NCBI GenBank assembly: GCA_964199315.1
Contig: OZ116705.1
Location: forward strand, 31,124,001 to 31,188,000
Reading direction: 5' to 3'
Source: Orbicella franksi
Lineage: Eukaryota
Length of the DNA stretch: 64,000 nt
Part shown: piece by piece, positions 52,561 through 64,000 of the stretch
How the letters are laid out: each line of letters opens with the position of its first letter
Numbering within the stretch: position 1 is the first letter of the stretch
Program-made: the position numbers and the translations under genes
The notes under the pieces: generated by a model
The model's input: only the letters and a program-made list of their open reading frames with translations
Database searches by the model: none
Told to the model about the DNA's origin: nothing

Positions 52561-53076
52561 GTCTGCCAACATCTTTCAGATGTTCCAGTCCTTGTTGCAC
52601 TTCAGTTATGCTTAGAGAGTGCTGGTTGTCACACAAGCTGGATAAAATATATTCTGAGAACTTGTGACTAAATGAAGCTATGGAAAGATCATCGAAACAA
52701 ATTACTCAAACTATCAAACTTAACTGTATAAATTTGAAATGCATGTTGGCCAATCCAGTACCTAATAAGAATGTTTACATCAGAGTTCAACATTGAAACA
52801 TTATATTTGGGTAATGGAAGGGAGACACAATGAGGATGCTGGTGCAGTGTTAACTTGTATACCTTTATTTTGAACATGAACACATGTATTACTCTAGTAT
52901 TTTGTTTTCAATTTTCCAGTCTTCCATAAAAGACTTTGCTTGGGATAGTTTTTCCATTTTGTCAATAAAAGTGTCTTGAACTGTTCCTGGGATATATGTG
53001 GGTATTTTCTATCACAATATACCTAAAATATAATAATATATCGTAGCGCTTGAAGCTGTTAGACATTTTGTTTCTG

Positions 53077-55442
53077 TCAGGAAAACATGGAGTCATGAAG
53101 TGTTTCCACTCGAAACTGCTGGTCTTGCTCCTTAACCTGTGAAGAAAATTATATAAATGTAAAATACCACATATTATTTAAAGATACATCATGTTATGGC
53201 TATTTTTTAACTGATCAATGATTTATTATTTAAAAATTCTAACTTTCATAACAATACATATTTACTGACTGTAAGACTTTCATCAAACATCTAGATTCAT
53301 TGAATTAAAAAAAAGAAAAACACATTTGTGGAACTGCATACAGAATGATGTCCTAATACCTTTAAATTTTTCATTTCTTCATATTCAGGGTCGTCTGTAG
53401 GCAACTCATGTCTGCACAGAGGACAACTGTTAGTCTAAAAGAAAAAGCACAAGATTCAATGATCACAGTCTCATAGTAATATCTTATTTATAATATACAG
53501 ATTTAGCCAAGCCTATAAGTGGAGCTCCTGGGTCGGGTTGTTCAAACCCCAATTAAGCTAACCCAGGATAAGCGAGAATTTTGATTTGAGTTTTGTAACT
53601 TTACGGTGAGATTTACTGTTTACATGGTTTGGCCTTCTGTTCTGAGTTTCAATTATCTCAAACTGCACAAAACAAAAGCAGTGAAAAACATTTGTATACC
53701 TTCAGAACAACCCGGCCCTGATTAACAAGTTAACTTGACATGACCCTACGATCAAATTGAAAACCAGTGCTTGGTCAGTGGTCAACTCATGAGCTCTAAA
53801 CCTGAGTCTGTGATGTTCACGTCATACTAGTCAGCGGCTACCTTGTTTTGACAGCTGTCAATTGACCATAACATGGGTGTTCAAGGCTGCATGTTTCAGT
53901 CGACCTATTAGCTGGAGTATTCTATATATAACATTGTGGGAAGTACCTCGCATTGGTACTCCTGCCCCGTTCGTACTTTCTCTTTTGGGAATTATTCTCT
54001 TTTCTTTTCTTCCTCAATATATTCCCAATAAAACTCATCACATTATCAAATTATTTTATCTGTTTAGAATTTCCTGAATTTTTTTCCTAGTCTTGAAATA
54101 GTACTTATGCTTATGGCTGGTATCAAAGAACTGTTGTATTTCTCCGATCACAGAAATTTGGTCACTGATGTGTAGAGACCTGTGATTATTACCTTTGATA
54201 ACCAAGGTAGAATACAACTCTGATGGAACATATGGTCACATGGAAGCTGCTTGACATTTTCACCAATCTGACATCAAGAAACAAGCAAATATGCAGTCAG
54301 AAGATTGATAAATAAACCAAAACATGGAACTGTCTCCAAATAATATGGGAGCTAGTATAAATAACCACTGAGGGCTCAGAGGTCTGACTGTAACCATCCT
54401 TGTCTAAATGGTAATGCATTTAATACAATTCTAAATGGTTTAGGTGCATTGAAAATTGATATCAAATGGACTGAATGTGTGGATAGACACCTTTATAAAT
54501 CTATTAACGAGTTGTTGCAATAAGTGGAGACTTAAACTAGAAAAGATAAGCTAGCTAGGTGCCCAGTAAATAAGAGTTACTCACCTTATATTCTGCTTGA
54601 CAAATGGGACAGGAACAGCCTTTAACTAACAAACAACAAACAATTACAACCAAAATAATAACAGATATAATATACAAGATGACACAAGTCTACTTATAAG
54701 CCCCTGGGATGATGTAGTACCTGCATGTTTGTTCCAAGCTTCATAAGCATACATGTTACTTGCACTTGATTCATTAAGCAACTGACAGTGGATGTTGTTT
54801 TGTCAAAAATGCAGCTGCTTTTTTTCAAAAATCAAAGTCAATAATGAATGAAAAAGTAGTACGAAACGGTGCATGCAAACTGTTACAAGCATGGAGCAGA
54901 ATTGTTAGACATTGTGTAGTTGTGCACATAACATACCAATGTGTTCAGCAGTTATGGGTACAGCTGGTAGAGATTCTACAACTTCTTTGGAAGCTGGTGG
55001 TGCTTGAATTTGATCAAATGCTGCTCTTTAAAAAAGAAATTAATAAATAATGCACAATAATAAGTAACTGACAATACAGTTATTGATAAATTTTATTTGA
55101 CGAATACATACCTTGCAATGTCAAGCAGATCACTGGCAGACAGAAGCATCCTGAGAGATGAAACACAAGCCGTGTTATAGTGAAATAATTCATGATCAAG
55201 TTTCGGCTCTTTACCTTTCTATATAATTCAATTATTTTATTAGTCAAAATTAAGCTCAGTGAGATTACAGAATTTATCAACTCATCAAAAAACGTTCTGA
55301 CTGTTTTCCCACTCTGTTAGAAACGTATCCTAAAACTTAGAGCCTATTAAATAATAAATTTACTACACCTTGCGAGCTCAAGGAAGAAATCAGGATTGCT
55401 TGTTCGGTCTGTGAGTTCGTGCTCATCAAAATAAGATGCCAT
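53077..55442 (-). CDS. RNF181: E3 ubiquitin ligase RNF181 (RING-H2), 150 aa, 7 exons
   Basis: Exons 55442-55369 ([15 protein letters not shown]), 55150-55112, 55025-54937 ([13 protein letters not shown]), 54625-54585 (CPICQAEYK), 54267-54193 ([17 protein letters not shown]), 53434-53360 ([19 protein letters not shown]) and 53136-53077 (LHDSMFS*). The 453 nt are in frame. Confidence 0.95.
53508..53720. mobile_element. MITE with (C)TGGGTCGGGTTGTTC / GAACAACCCGGCCCTG termini
   Basis: Imperfect terminal inverted repeats and no ORF, in an RNF181 intron. Confidence 0.7.
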
Positions 55443-58400
55443 TTTATCGAGCTATGACACAGCAGAATTCTGCACCTCTATTAAAATGATGAAGGAATTG
55501 AACCTTCGGAGAAAAGAAATCTCTGCAAACTTTCAGTTTAGTATGAAATTCGAACTGTTGATCGAAAAAGAACCAAGCTTATTCCTGGCACCAAAGGAAT
55601 CAGCAAATACCCTTTAGCTAGAAAATTCATACGGCGGCCATCTTGTTCAAGTCATGTTTGTTCTTCATGTAATTCTTCATGTATGATACCTTCTTGGATT
55701 CTTTTCTTGTTCTCGTTACCAGATTCCGTGGGCCGGGTGGCTACGGAACGAGCGAAATGTGAATACTATATAAAGTCATGTATAAAGGTAACAAAGGTTA
55801 TCCGTTTATCTTAAACGACTCAATCAAGAGCGATTAAGATGTTCCCTCCTACTTGTGCGCCATTCTTTGAATTTTTAGACGTCGCGCCTTTGTAAACCTC
55901 TGTAAAGAAGAAAAGTTATGTTATTTCACGGCGGCGCTCAATAAAAGCTTCCAGGTCCAATATTGTACCTATGAAATCTGGCATTTAATTGTTCCTTTTG
56001 TAATCCCAATTCGATATTGGCAAAGTGAGGAGGCAGACGAAAACGCGCCGGTGTGCATGCATTCGTTCAAGCGAGTAGCTAGCAGTCGATTCTGGAAAAA
56101 TTCTTTCCATCGACCTCTCATGTCGATGTCCCGCTTTATGACTGTTCACGCCATGTCAACTGATCAGACTAAGTCTTGCTTGAAGACGAAATCTCAGTAT
56201 CATCTCTAGCCGCACTGTATACAATTGTCGAGTCATTTCCTGTTTCCTAGGACATTATTAGCTTGGGAGTCCAATTATTATATTCGCATTACCTGGGCCT
56301 TAATTTTATTGGGATTTCTTGATGACAAATTTGAAATTGATCTCTGAAGTGAGGCTAAAGACAGTCAAAGAAAGTTGCATTTAAAAATAATTTATATGTG
56401 AAACATCTTAGTTAAATTGCTTGTTTATTTTGGTGAGATCAGGGTTAAAATAAGTGAACTGTGCTAGTTATGGATTTTCCAACTATTGCGCGCGGGGTTA
56501 ATTGACTAAAAATACCAGCAGGTGCTATTGGCTTTTTCGTTGTAAGTTTATTCTTAATATGCAAAAGGTTAATGGTTTTGAAGTAAAGTGAACAAACGTT
56601 ATGAAATATTAATCGTCTTTCAATAGGAAAGAGATATTGGTTTTGGTTTTAAGCAGGCACGCAATGAAGACTTCAATACTTCGTTCGTTTTTGTCACTGT
56701 CACTACTTAACATTTCTGGTCACGTGATCTAACATATCATTTTCCTTGTTTATGGACTTACTACGTGTTTTGAAAAGAACCATGTCGCGTATATGATATC
56801 TGTATTATATTGAGTGGTGATTACGTACCAAACTATTGTTCTGTGTGAAACTTATCCCCCCCAAAAAACTGATCAATTCTCTTCCTTTCGAAAAGCCGAG
56901 GAGAATACGTCGATTTTAGTTCTTTAGTTCTGGTGGTAGAGAAAATTGTATTTGTGATACCTAATTATGATTAAGGACACCGGCCACTGCACGACAGATG
57001 CCAACTCTCACTATATTTTATGATAAAAAGATATAACGCATGGGGTAAAAGAGAATTATTTGAAGATACAGCATGCCGTTATATTTAGCTCAGTTGAATA
57101 TGAAGATTAAAGGATGTTCAATTTCGAGCTTATTCACTTTTTCGTTTTGTACCTGTTATGAACTTGCCCGACGTTTTCGCGAGTTCATTTACTAAATACA
57201 CCAGCTTTACCAAGTGCTTTTAGCCTTAGTTGAAGATTAACATACAAAAGTTAATGATCCCAGAGAAAGTTAAGAGGCTAATGACGTCATGAAATATTTA
57301 TATACCATTGGAGGCTAATGGACAAGATATCTTCGGTTAATATCTGACAGGTATTGCCTCCGGGCACGCAATTAGGAAGAAAATTTACACATAATGGAAT
57401 CTGTTTTCATTTTACTCTCCCAAACATTGAAAAAGGTTATTTACGTCAGGGTAAAATACGCAATCTGTCATAGAGGAGAGAAAAAAGAAAAACTCGAGGA
57501 ACAAACGATAAAACTGTGATTATCATTTTTCTATTGACATTGTGGGTACAAACGTCGAACTGACTTTTTAACATGCACATTTGTTTTAAATATATATTCA
57601 TTGCTATTACATTAAGTCTGCCAGTGTTACTGCTTTAGTCCACAGCTTTTCAGCTGCGCCTTTTCGTTAATCATCGGTGGATATCTAGGGAAATAATCGA
57701 CCTATTTTAATGACCAAATTGCTGCTGAGTTTTTTTTTTTTTTTCGCGGTTTATTCCCTTTGACCAAGGGAAGATTAAAACGACTCTTCCAGCAGGTACC
57801 TTGGAAAAGCAGTCCATATGGATCAACCATCATTTACTCAACAGTCTTTCGCAGCTGATCCCGGTTATTTCGGTCGCTTGGTCAGCTGATTCAACATTTG
57901 TGATATCGCGTGATATCGCGGGATTTTCTGGCGTGATCATAAAAAGAAAACGCAACATTAGGACAGGATTAGGACTATGAATTAATCCTCGTCACTGACA
58001 AAATGCAAATTAAAGCGAAATACTTCATCGTAGTATTTCCGACAGTGAATAATTTCCTTTCCGCAAGGTTTCGGAAGCTTTTATTTGCCATCCGACAGAA
58101 AGATCTCATCTTTGTATGTAGTCATTCAATTAATCTCTACAGACATCAGTATTGTCTCCGGTGTACTTTCGTACCGACTTCCCTCCTTGCTAGCGTAGCA
58201 TTCCTTGCTAGGACGGGGAGGGTGGCTGTGTGCATATTGAAGGTAGTGTAGGGGAGGGGTAAGGAGTGGAGTGGATCATGACTTATTAGTGAGATTGATG
58301 AGGACTTATTTCAAGAAATATCGCATTGTCTGACGACCCGTACCAATGTGTTTCTAGGACTATCACATAATCAGGAACAATGACAATTTTGCTGGTATTT

Positions 58401-61400
58401 TTTTTATTTGAGATTTCGAAATATATAAACGGTTGAGTGAAAACTGTCGCCTGGCAGATGGAACAATTAGCTTAGTTTACTCTGCTTTTCCATCAGGCCT
58501 TATCGCTCTTATATTTGATTGATAGAACCAAGAAGCCATTTGCACTGAAACACGTTGTATAAATGCTGCTTCTCTCGGTCACTAAATGTTTGATCGACCT
58601 TTGTCACTTTGTTGGCTTCCAAACTTCTCAGCCAATCAAACTGCTGCACGTGTAATTTATTGCTATTCATTAAGCTTCCTGTGCTGAATGCGTCTCGCTT
58701 TGGCAGGTGAAACTGAAACCTTGACTAAAACCGCCACTCTAATCCGCAGTTATTAGTTTTCCACAGTTCGTTTCTACCTGTATTCTACAGCGATATATTA
58801 CAGTGTTCATCAGAGTTAATTGGTGTGCCGCAAACGAGTCTCTTCTTTAAAACCACATAACAAAGTACAACGGAAGTGTTAGTAGTATCTGATAGCCATA
58901 TTTCACGTGAATGTTAATGGAATATTACTCACTAATTTATACCGGAGCTTTCTCTTCTAATTGACGTGATAAGAAATTGAAATGGTGCTGTGTCTATCTG
59001 TGATGTAAATTTGCTCTAGGTCTAGCTATGTTTTTCTGGCTTTGTTTCGAGATCTCCTTCACTGTCGATTATTTCAGGCCGGAGTCCGTGAGATACTTGT
59101 CTACAAAGCCGTCTTAAGACGCGATTAAAAATCAGTTGAACTCAAATCGATATTAACGAGCTCTTAACACTGCTTCACTCCATCAGTTTCGCGAAATTCG
59201 ATTGTTTATACCTCAGAATCTTTCTGTTTTGTTTTCAGTGTTAATTTTAATAGGGGAAGGGCGTGGCTGACATTGACGCGCGAAGTGTTGATCCATTCGG
59301 TCACGTGCTACGACTTTCAGTTCTCTACGTTTATAAATACATACTAAATGAACTTTTAAGTTATCCTAAAGACGAGTAAGGTAGTTCATATGCCACGCAG
59401 AAATTATTTAAGCAATACAAGGACATTTTTATCTTTAGCTATCTATCAGTAGAAAAATGATGTAAAGACATAATTTACAGACTGTTTAGCATGATGTCCA
59501 CATCTGTTTGCAGGATGTTCCAGATTGTTTAATATATATGGTTTGTAGAGCTCAGCGCGGCGACCTATCAGTGTTTGTCAGCCCGCATGTTTGCACCCAT
59601 GTTTACAAACAGGCTGTCTTTGGCTAGAAACTTCCTCAAGGCTGTAGTAATATAAGACTGAGAAAGAGTATGAAACTCAAAGACTGAACTTTGAGCTTTC
59701 AAGTGAACGTTAGTGTCAGAAGATAAGTGAATAAAAGCCCATCTCACTCGAGCCAGAGAATATATAATTGCATCGTTTCACAAACAGTAAACTAATTTAG
59801 TAACAATGTTCATAAAGATTAAAATTCATAGCTGAAAAGAATGATTCCTCAGAATATAACCCCATCATATTTAGTTTTAAGACCGCGACTGAACGAGATG
59901 TCTCTGCGAAGTCGGACAATGCGTCAGTATTATTTCAAATAAGCCATGTTTGTTGCGAACCGATCGATCTACATTTCGCCCCCTAAGAAAACAATCATGT
60001 CAGTTTAGATAACGCTATTGGAAGACAGGCTGCGTCAGAAAGTGAACCTAGCTGAAGTATGTCTCGAACCCGAATCTAAGATCGACCACGGGTGCTTTAT
60101 TTTTAGCACCTTTGGGTAGATCTTTCTCAGATTGTCCCACAGCAATTTGCTCTGTTAGCATCAGCCCTGGGGGCTCAGCGTCAGTGAACGTTTCGGCGGT
60201 AGCCATTTATACGCCGGTGAGGTAACGAGACAATCATTAAGGAGCATACTATCTTCACACGTTGAATACATCACAACGACCAGTTTGTAGCAGCTATTTG
60301 TACCAAGGCGACTCAAGGCCTGAAGAGGAATTAAAAAACACGAGGTCCAGTGAATTAATAGAATTACCTGGTTTTAAACCAGCTGAGGTTATTGTTCAAA
60401 CTGTCATGACAGCCCGACTGTTAGTCGCCGAATTTTAACTACTTCTATCGAAATATCACACGCTCATTTGATAATGCGGGTCTGGAAGATTTGTATTCTT
60501 CGCTCGGTCAAAGTTGTCTCTTTTCTTAATTATTTCATCAATTCTGTGTAACTGAATGCAAGGTTCAGAGAAGGCAAGGCCAGAGCTAAAAAAGAATAAC
60601 ATAGTCCGCAGGCGTTTACTGATCAATGTGTCTCCCATCACAGATCAAGTTCCACTGAGCTGGAAAGCTAGGCAAGTTAGAATTTAATAAATACCTTAAT
60701 TCTAAAAGACTGAAATTCACACTTGTGGCGTGGACAGTGATAACTGAGAAATATATTTAAGCATCGAAATTTTTAAGCTACTCTAAGATCAATAATTTCA
60801 CTATATTGTAAGAAATTATGACATTAGCTTTTTACTCTTGGCTTTTTATTTTTTTCAACTTATCCCACGAATGGCGGCTCTGCAGAGTAAATACTTTTTC
60901 CCGGCTTAACTATTTTTTCTGTAAATTTAGAGGTTTTAATTCGTCGAAATCAGAACTGAGATCAGAGACCTGCTAAAAACATATTCTTGAATAGCATAAG
61001 GCAGTGTCTTTTCTGTTTAATCCTTCACCCACTGTCATTTGGAAAGACAAACTACGACAACTATATGAACCTCGGTCGGCCGCCGATGATGAAACTATTT
61101 ACTGTTGTAAACATAAAATAAATGGCTTGCAAAACTACCTGAACTGTGAGATGGAGAATCATTTCCGAGGCAATAGCGAGGTTTTTTCAGTTTCTTCGCT
61201 GATTTTCGTGAAAAACGCGCTTTGAGGTAAGAAACAATGATGTGTCACAGTAAGAGAAACTGAAATAAAATGTCGGTCGATCGGCGCGCGCGGCCAGAAA
61301 GAAAAGTAATACACGTGCCGGAATAAGTTTTGCCTCCGGGCAAAACGATTTCTGTGGCCCAGGCGATAGATTTAATAGGCTAATGCTTTCCCAGATTGTT

Positions 61401-62724
61401 ATGAAATTTTACAGACAATTGTTTATCGAGAGCACAGTCCGCCTCAGTCAGACGCCGCTAGCAAGATTAGCTGGGTGAAATTTGAGTCCCCACGCACGGC
61501 TTACTTCATGGGAAATGCTATTAATGTCTTCTTTTACCCTTACATTAATTGTACAAGGGCCAGCATGGACATATGTGGTAAAGGAAGTCTAGATTATTCA
61601 TTAAAGTGCGTAGGAAGTGCATGAGTTTAAGCCGGTAAAAAATGAAAGGCTTCTTGACAATTTACAAGATTGTGGAAGGTGCGTCAGAACTTTGAGAACA
61701 CAGTAGCTATCGCACCTCTTGGCATAAATTACGATTCTGCTCTGATTATGCACGCTATGTCTGAATATAGCTGCGATGCCGACTGAATCTTTCAGGTAAG
61801 CCCGTATTGAGAAGATAACATTGATACCAGTAGATCGTAAATCGCCCAATTCTCTCAATTCAACATTATCCTAGCATCCGTAATGAAACTGAACTTCTTG
61901 CAACATTAAGAAGATTTTTACTAAGTAAATTACCACCATGAAAGAATTAAAAAAAACCCTCTTTTAATAACGTCAGAGTAGAGAGTGTTACAGGGTTATC
62001 AGTTTCTCCAAACGGGGCATTCTTCCCCGCTATAGAAAAACGCAGAGTCTGCTTCCGCTTTAAAAAGGTGTGCATCAGCTCACGAAACCAAACCCAGCCA
62101 AGCTTAGTAAATTGTTACAATTCTTCTAATATCTAAGGATATAAACTCCAAAATGCCCACCCTTTAAAGTACAAAGCCAGTGAAAATGTTGCTCCTTCAC
62201 TGAATTTGTGTTGGCGATTGACACTGTTGAGTTTTAGCGCTACGCAAAGACGGTGCGAAAGCTATTGTGAACGAGTTTGCTTTGCACTTTCTAATGAACA
62301 CAATGATGCGTGATGTACATACGATCGCGTGCTTTCCACCGATGATGTAAACATGCCAAAATTAGTCAAAAGTGAAAACATCGAAATTGAATAAAATGAG
62401 CATATATATCGATCCAAGTGTCAACTTGAGAGTCAACAAGTGTCTGACGCAAAGCAGCCAATCACAGGCGGATATTTTCCTCCCCAGGTTTCTCCGAGCA
62501 CACGTTCCAGTTATCTTGGCCAATCAGAGGAGTTCTTTTCAGCCGCATGTGATCACTTGCGGGTTTTCCCAGCATGCTCTTCATTGAAGCCGGAATTTGG
62601 AGCATTTGGCGCCTCGAGCTTTCAGTTTTGAAGAGAGTTGTTCGTGGTATGGCGGACATTTATAGTTGTAAGCGATGTTTATAAGTTAAAAATCAGCTTT
62701 GTAACGCTCCAGGGACCTTGCGCG

Positions 62725-63351
62725 ATGGCAACCAACAAAGTTGTCAATGGTATCACGAGCCAGACGGCCGAGGCGAAGAAGAGAATGACAAAAGAGGACG
62801 ATGAAGGGTAAAGTGACTTCTGAGTTTGTCAATATAACGCGCAAAATTCGCGAAATTATACGCGAAAATAATTTGTAATTTATTATGGGCACCACATAAA
62901 GGGCCAAGAACTTAACTGGTCTTAATTCTTGAGTTTGCCTGCTGAGTGCTAGTGTATGTTTAATCCTTTGTGAATATCTACGTGTATTTATACGCTTCAC
63001 GCAACTCTATTCGAACTTGTTTCGAATGCGTGGCGCGACCGTGTCTACCATCTCCTCACAACTTCCTTTCTTATTGTTTCTGTTTCACAGCAAGCTCTTC
63101 GTGGGCGGACTCAGCTATGAAACTACCAAAGGTAACTTGATGTTTTTTGGTTGAAATTTTTCTTTAAATATGAAAATACGCAAGTAGTAGATAAATTGTG
63201 AAAGTCTGTGCGAACCAGGTGTGTGTGAGTTGTTTACGACCTGCGGCTAACAATTCTCTTCTAATTCAGAAACTTTGACAGATTATTTTAAAACTTTTGG
63301 TGAAGTTATCGGCGTTGAAATAAAGATGGATGCCTTAACGGGTCGCTCAAG
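62725..63351 (+). CDS. hnRNP D/AB (squid-like) RRM protein, 5' part; continues beyond the window
   Basis: Exons 62725-62807 (MATNKVVNG..KEDDEG), 63091-63131 (KLFVGGLSYETTK, RNP2) and 63270-63351 (ETLTDYFKTFGEVIGVEIKMDALTGRSR). Phases 2,1,2 are consistent. I cannot separate hnRNPD/AB from DAZAP1 or Musashi with certainty. Confidence 0.88.
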
Positions 63352-64000
63352 GTTTGTAGAATCATTTATACTTTGTGTATGCTGTTGTCGCGAGACTTCA
63401 ACTGAATTAAATGGAGAAGTACTAGTTTTGTAATTTTTTAGCCCGACAATGTATTCTTTTGTAGTCGTCGCCCCACGTGCTCGGTGTCTCTCAGTTGACA
63501 TATATAATGTATGGAGAAATCAGCTTTAGATTTCGCAGCTTCGTGTGCCAACACACGTTTTCTTTTGTTTTTCTGTTAACTTTCTTAACGCCTTGGAGAA
63601 TGACTGCTAAGATTTTAGCCGACGTGTGAAAATAAAGCAATTGACCCGGATATAACAGGAGAAGTCGATTGATCTTGAGCGAGACGGGTTTCTTGTCTTG
63701 GTTTAAACAATTCAAGTGAAAAGAACAGTCTTATAAAAGGCGACTGGTGTCTTAATTCTCGTTATAAACAGCCCCCTGTAGAGAGCCATTTTTCGCGGTT
63801 ATTTTCTAGTATAAACACATGCATGCATAGAAGCACGCCATTAGCGTGCGCGAAGATCGAAAGACGATCAAGAACTCTAGTTGGCGCCGCAGATCGCTGT
63901 TTTGACTGAATGAATATCCTACTTTTATATTTGACGGCCTAGGCTGTGATCGATATTTTGGGAAAGCGATCAAAAAATTTATATTCTAGTTTAAACAAGG

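Noticed and set aside
60456-60641. Minus-strand ORF after an acceptor-like site
   Set aside because: No frame stays open to the next plausible donor and no motif is recognised.
62649-62684. ATGGCGGAC as the hnRNP start codon
   Set aside because: It stops after 11 codons and its donor phase is incompatible with the KLFVGG exon. At most it is a uORF or YY1-like motif; ATG 62725 fits.

Overview
Intron-rich animal genomic DNA. It is inferred to be a stony coral or other hexacoral from the gene orthologs and the characteristic tRNA-derived SINE and MITE families; the species cannot be determined from the sequence. I reconstructed the gene models by hand from GT-AG junctions and reading-frame phase. 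The left ~19 kb holds small secreted Cys-rich genes: two tandem DUF4773-type paralogs, an orphan duplicated signal-peptide exon, and a divergent 3-member two-exon family that I cannot assign to any known family. The right ~45 kb holds housekeeping genes: TBC1D2/2B RabGAP (-), a DDX21/DDX50-family DEVD/GUCT helicase (+), BLOC1S2 (-), RNF181 (-) and the 5' part of an hnRNP D/AB-like RRM gene (+). Two candidates stand out. (1) The DDX21-family helicase begins with an apparent mitochondrial presequence instead of a nucleolar N-terminus, making it a possible host factor for hexacoral mitochondrial group I intron splicing. (2) The unassigned secreted family has 12-13 Cys and a symmetric CC-x2-C-x6-C...C-x6-C-x3-C core. 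No CRISPR array, rRNA or genuine tRNA gene was found.
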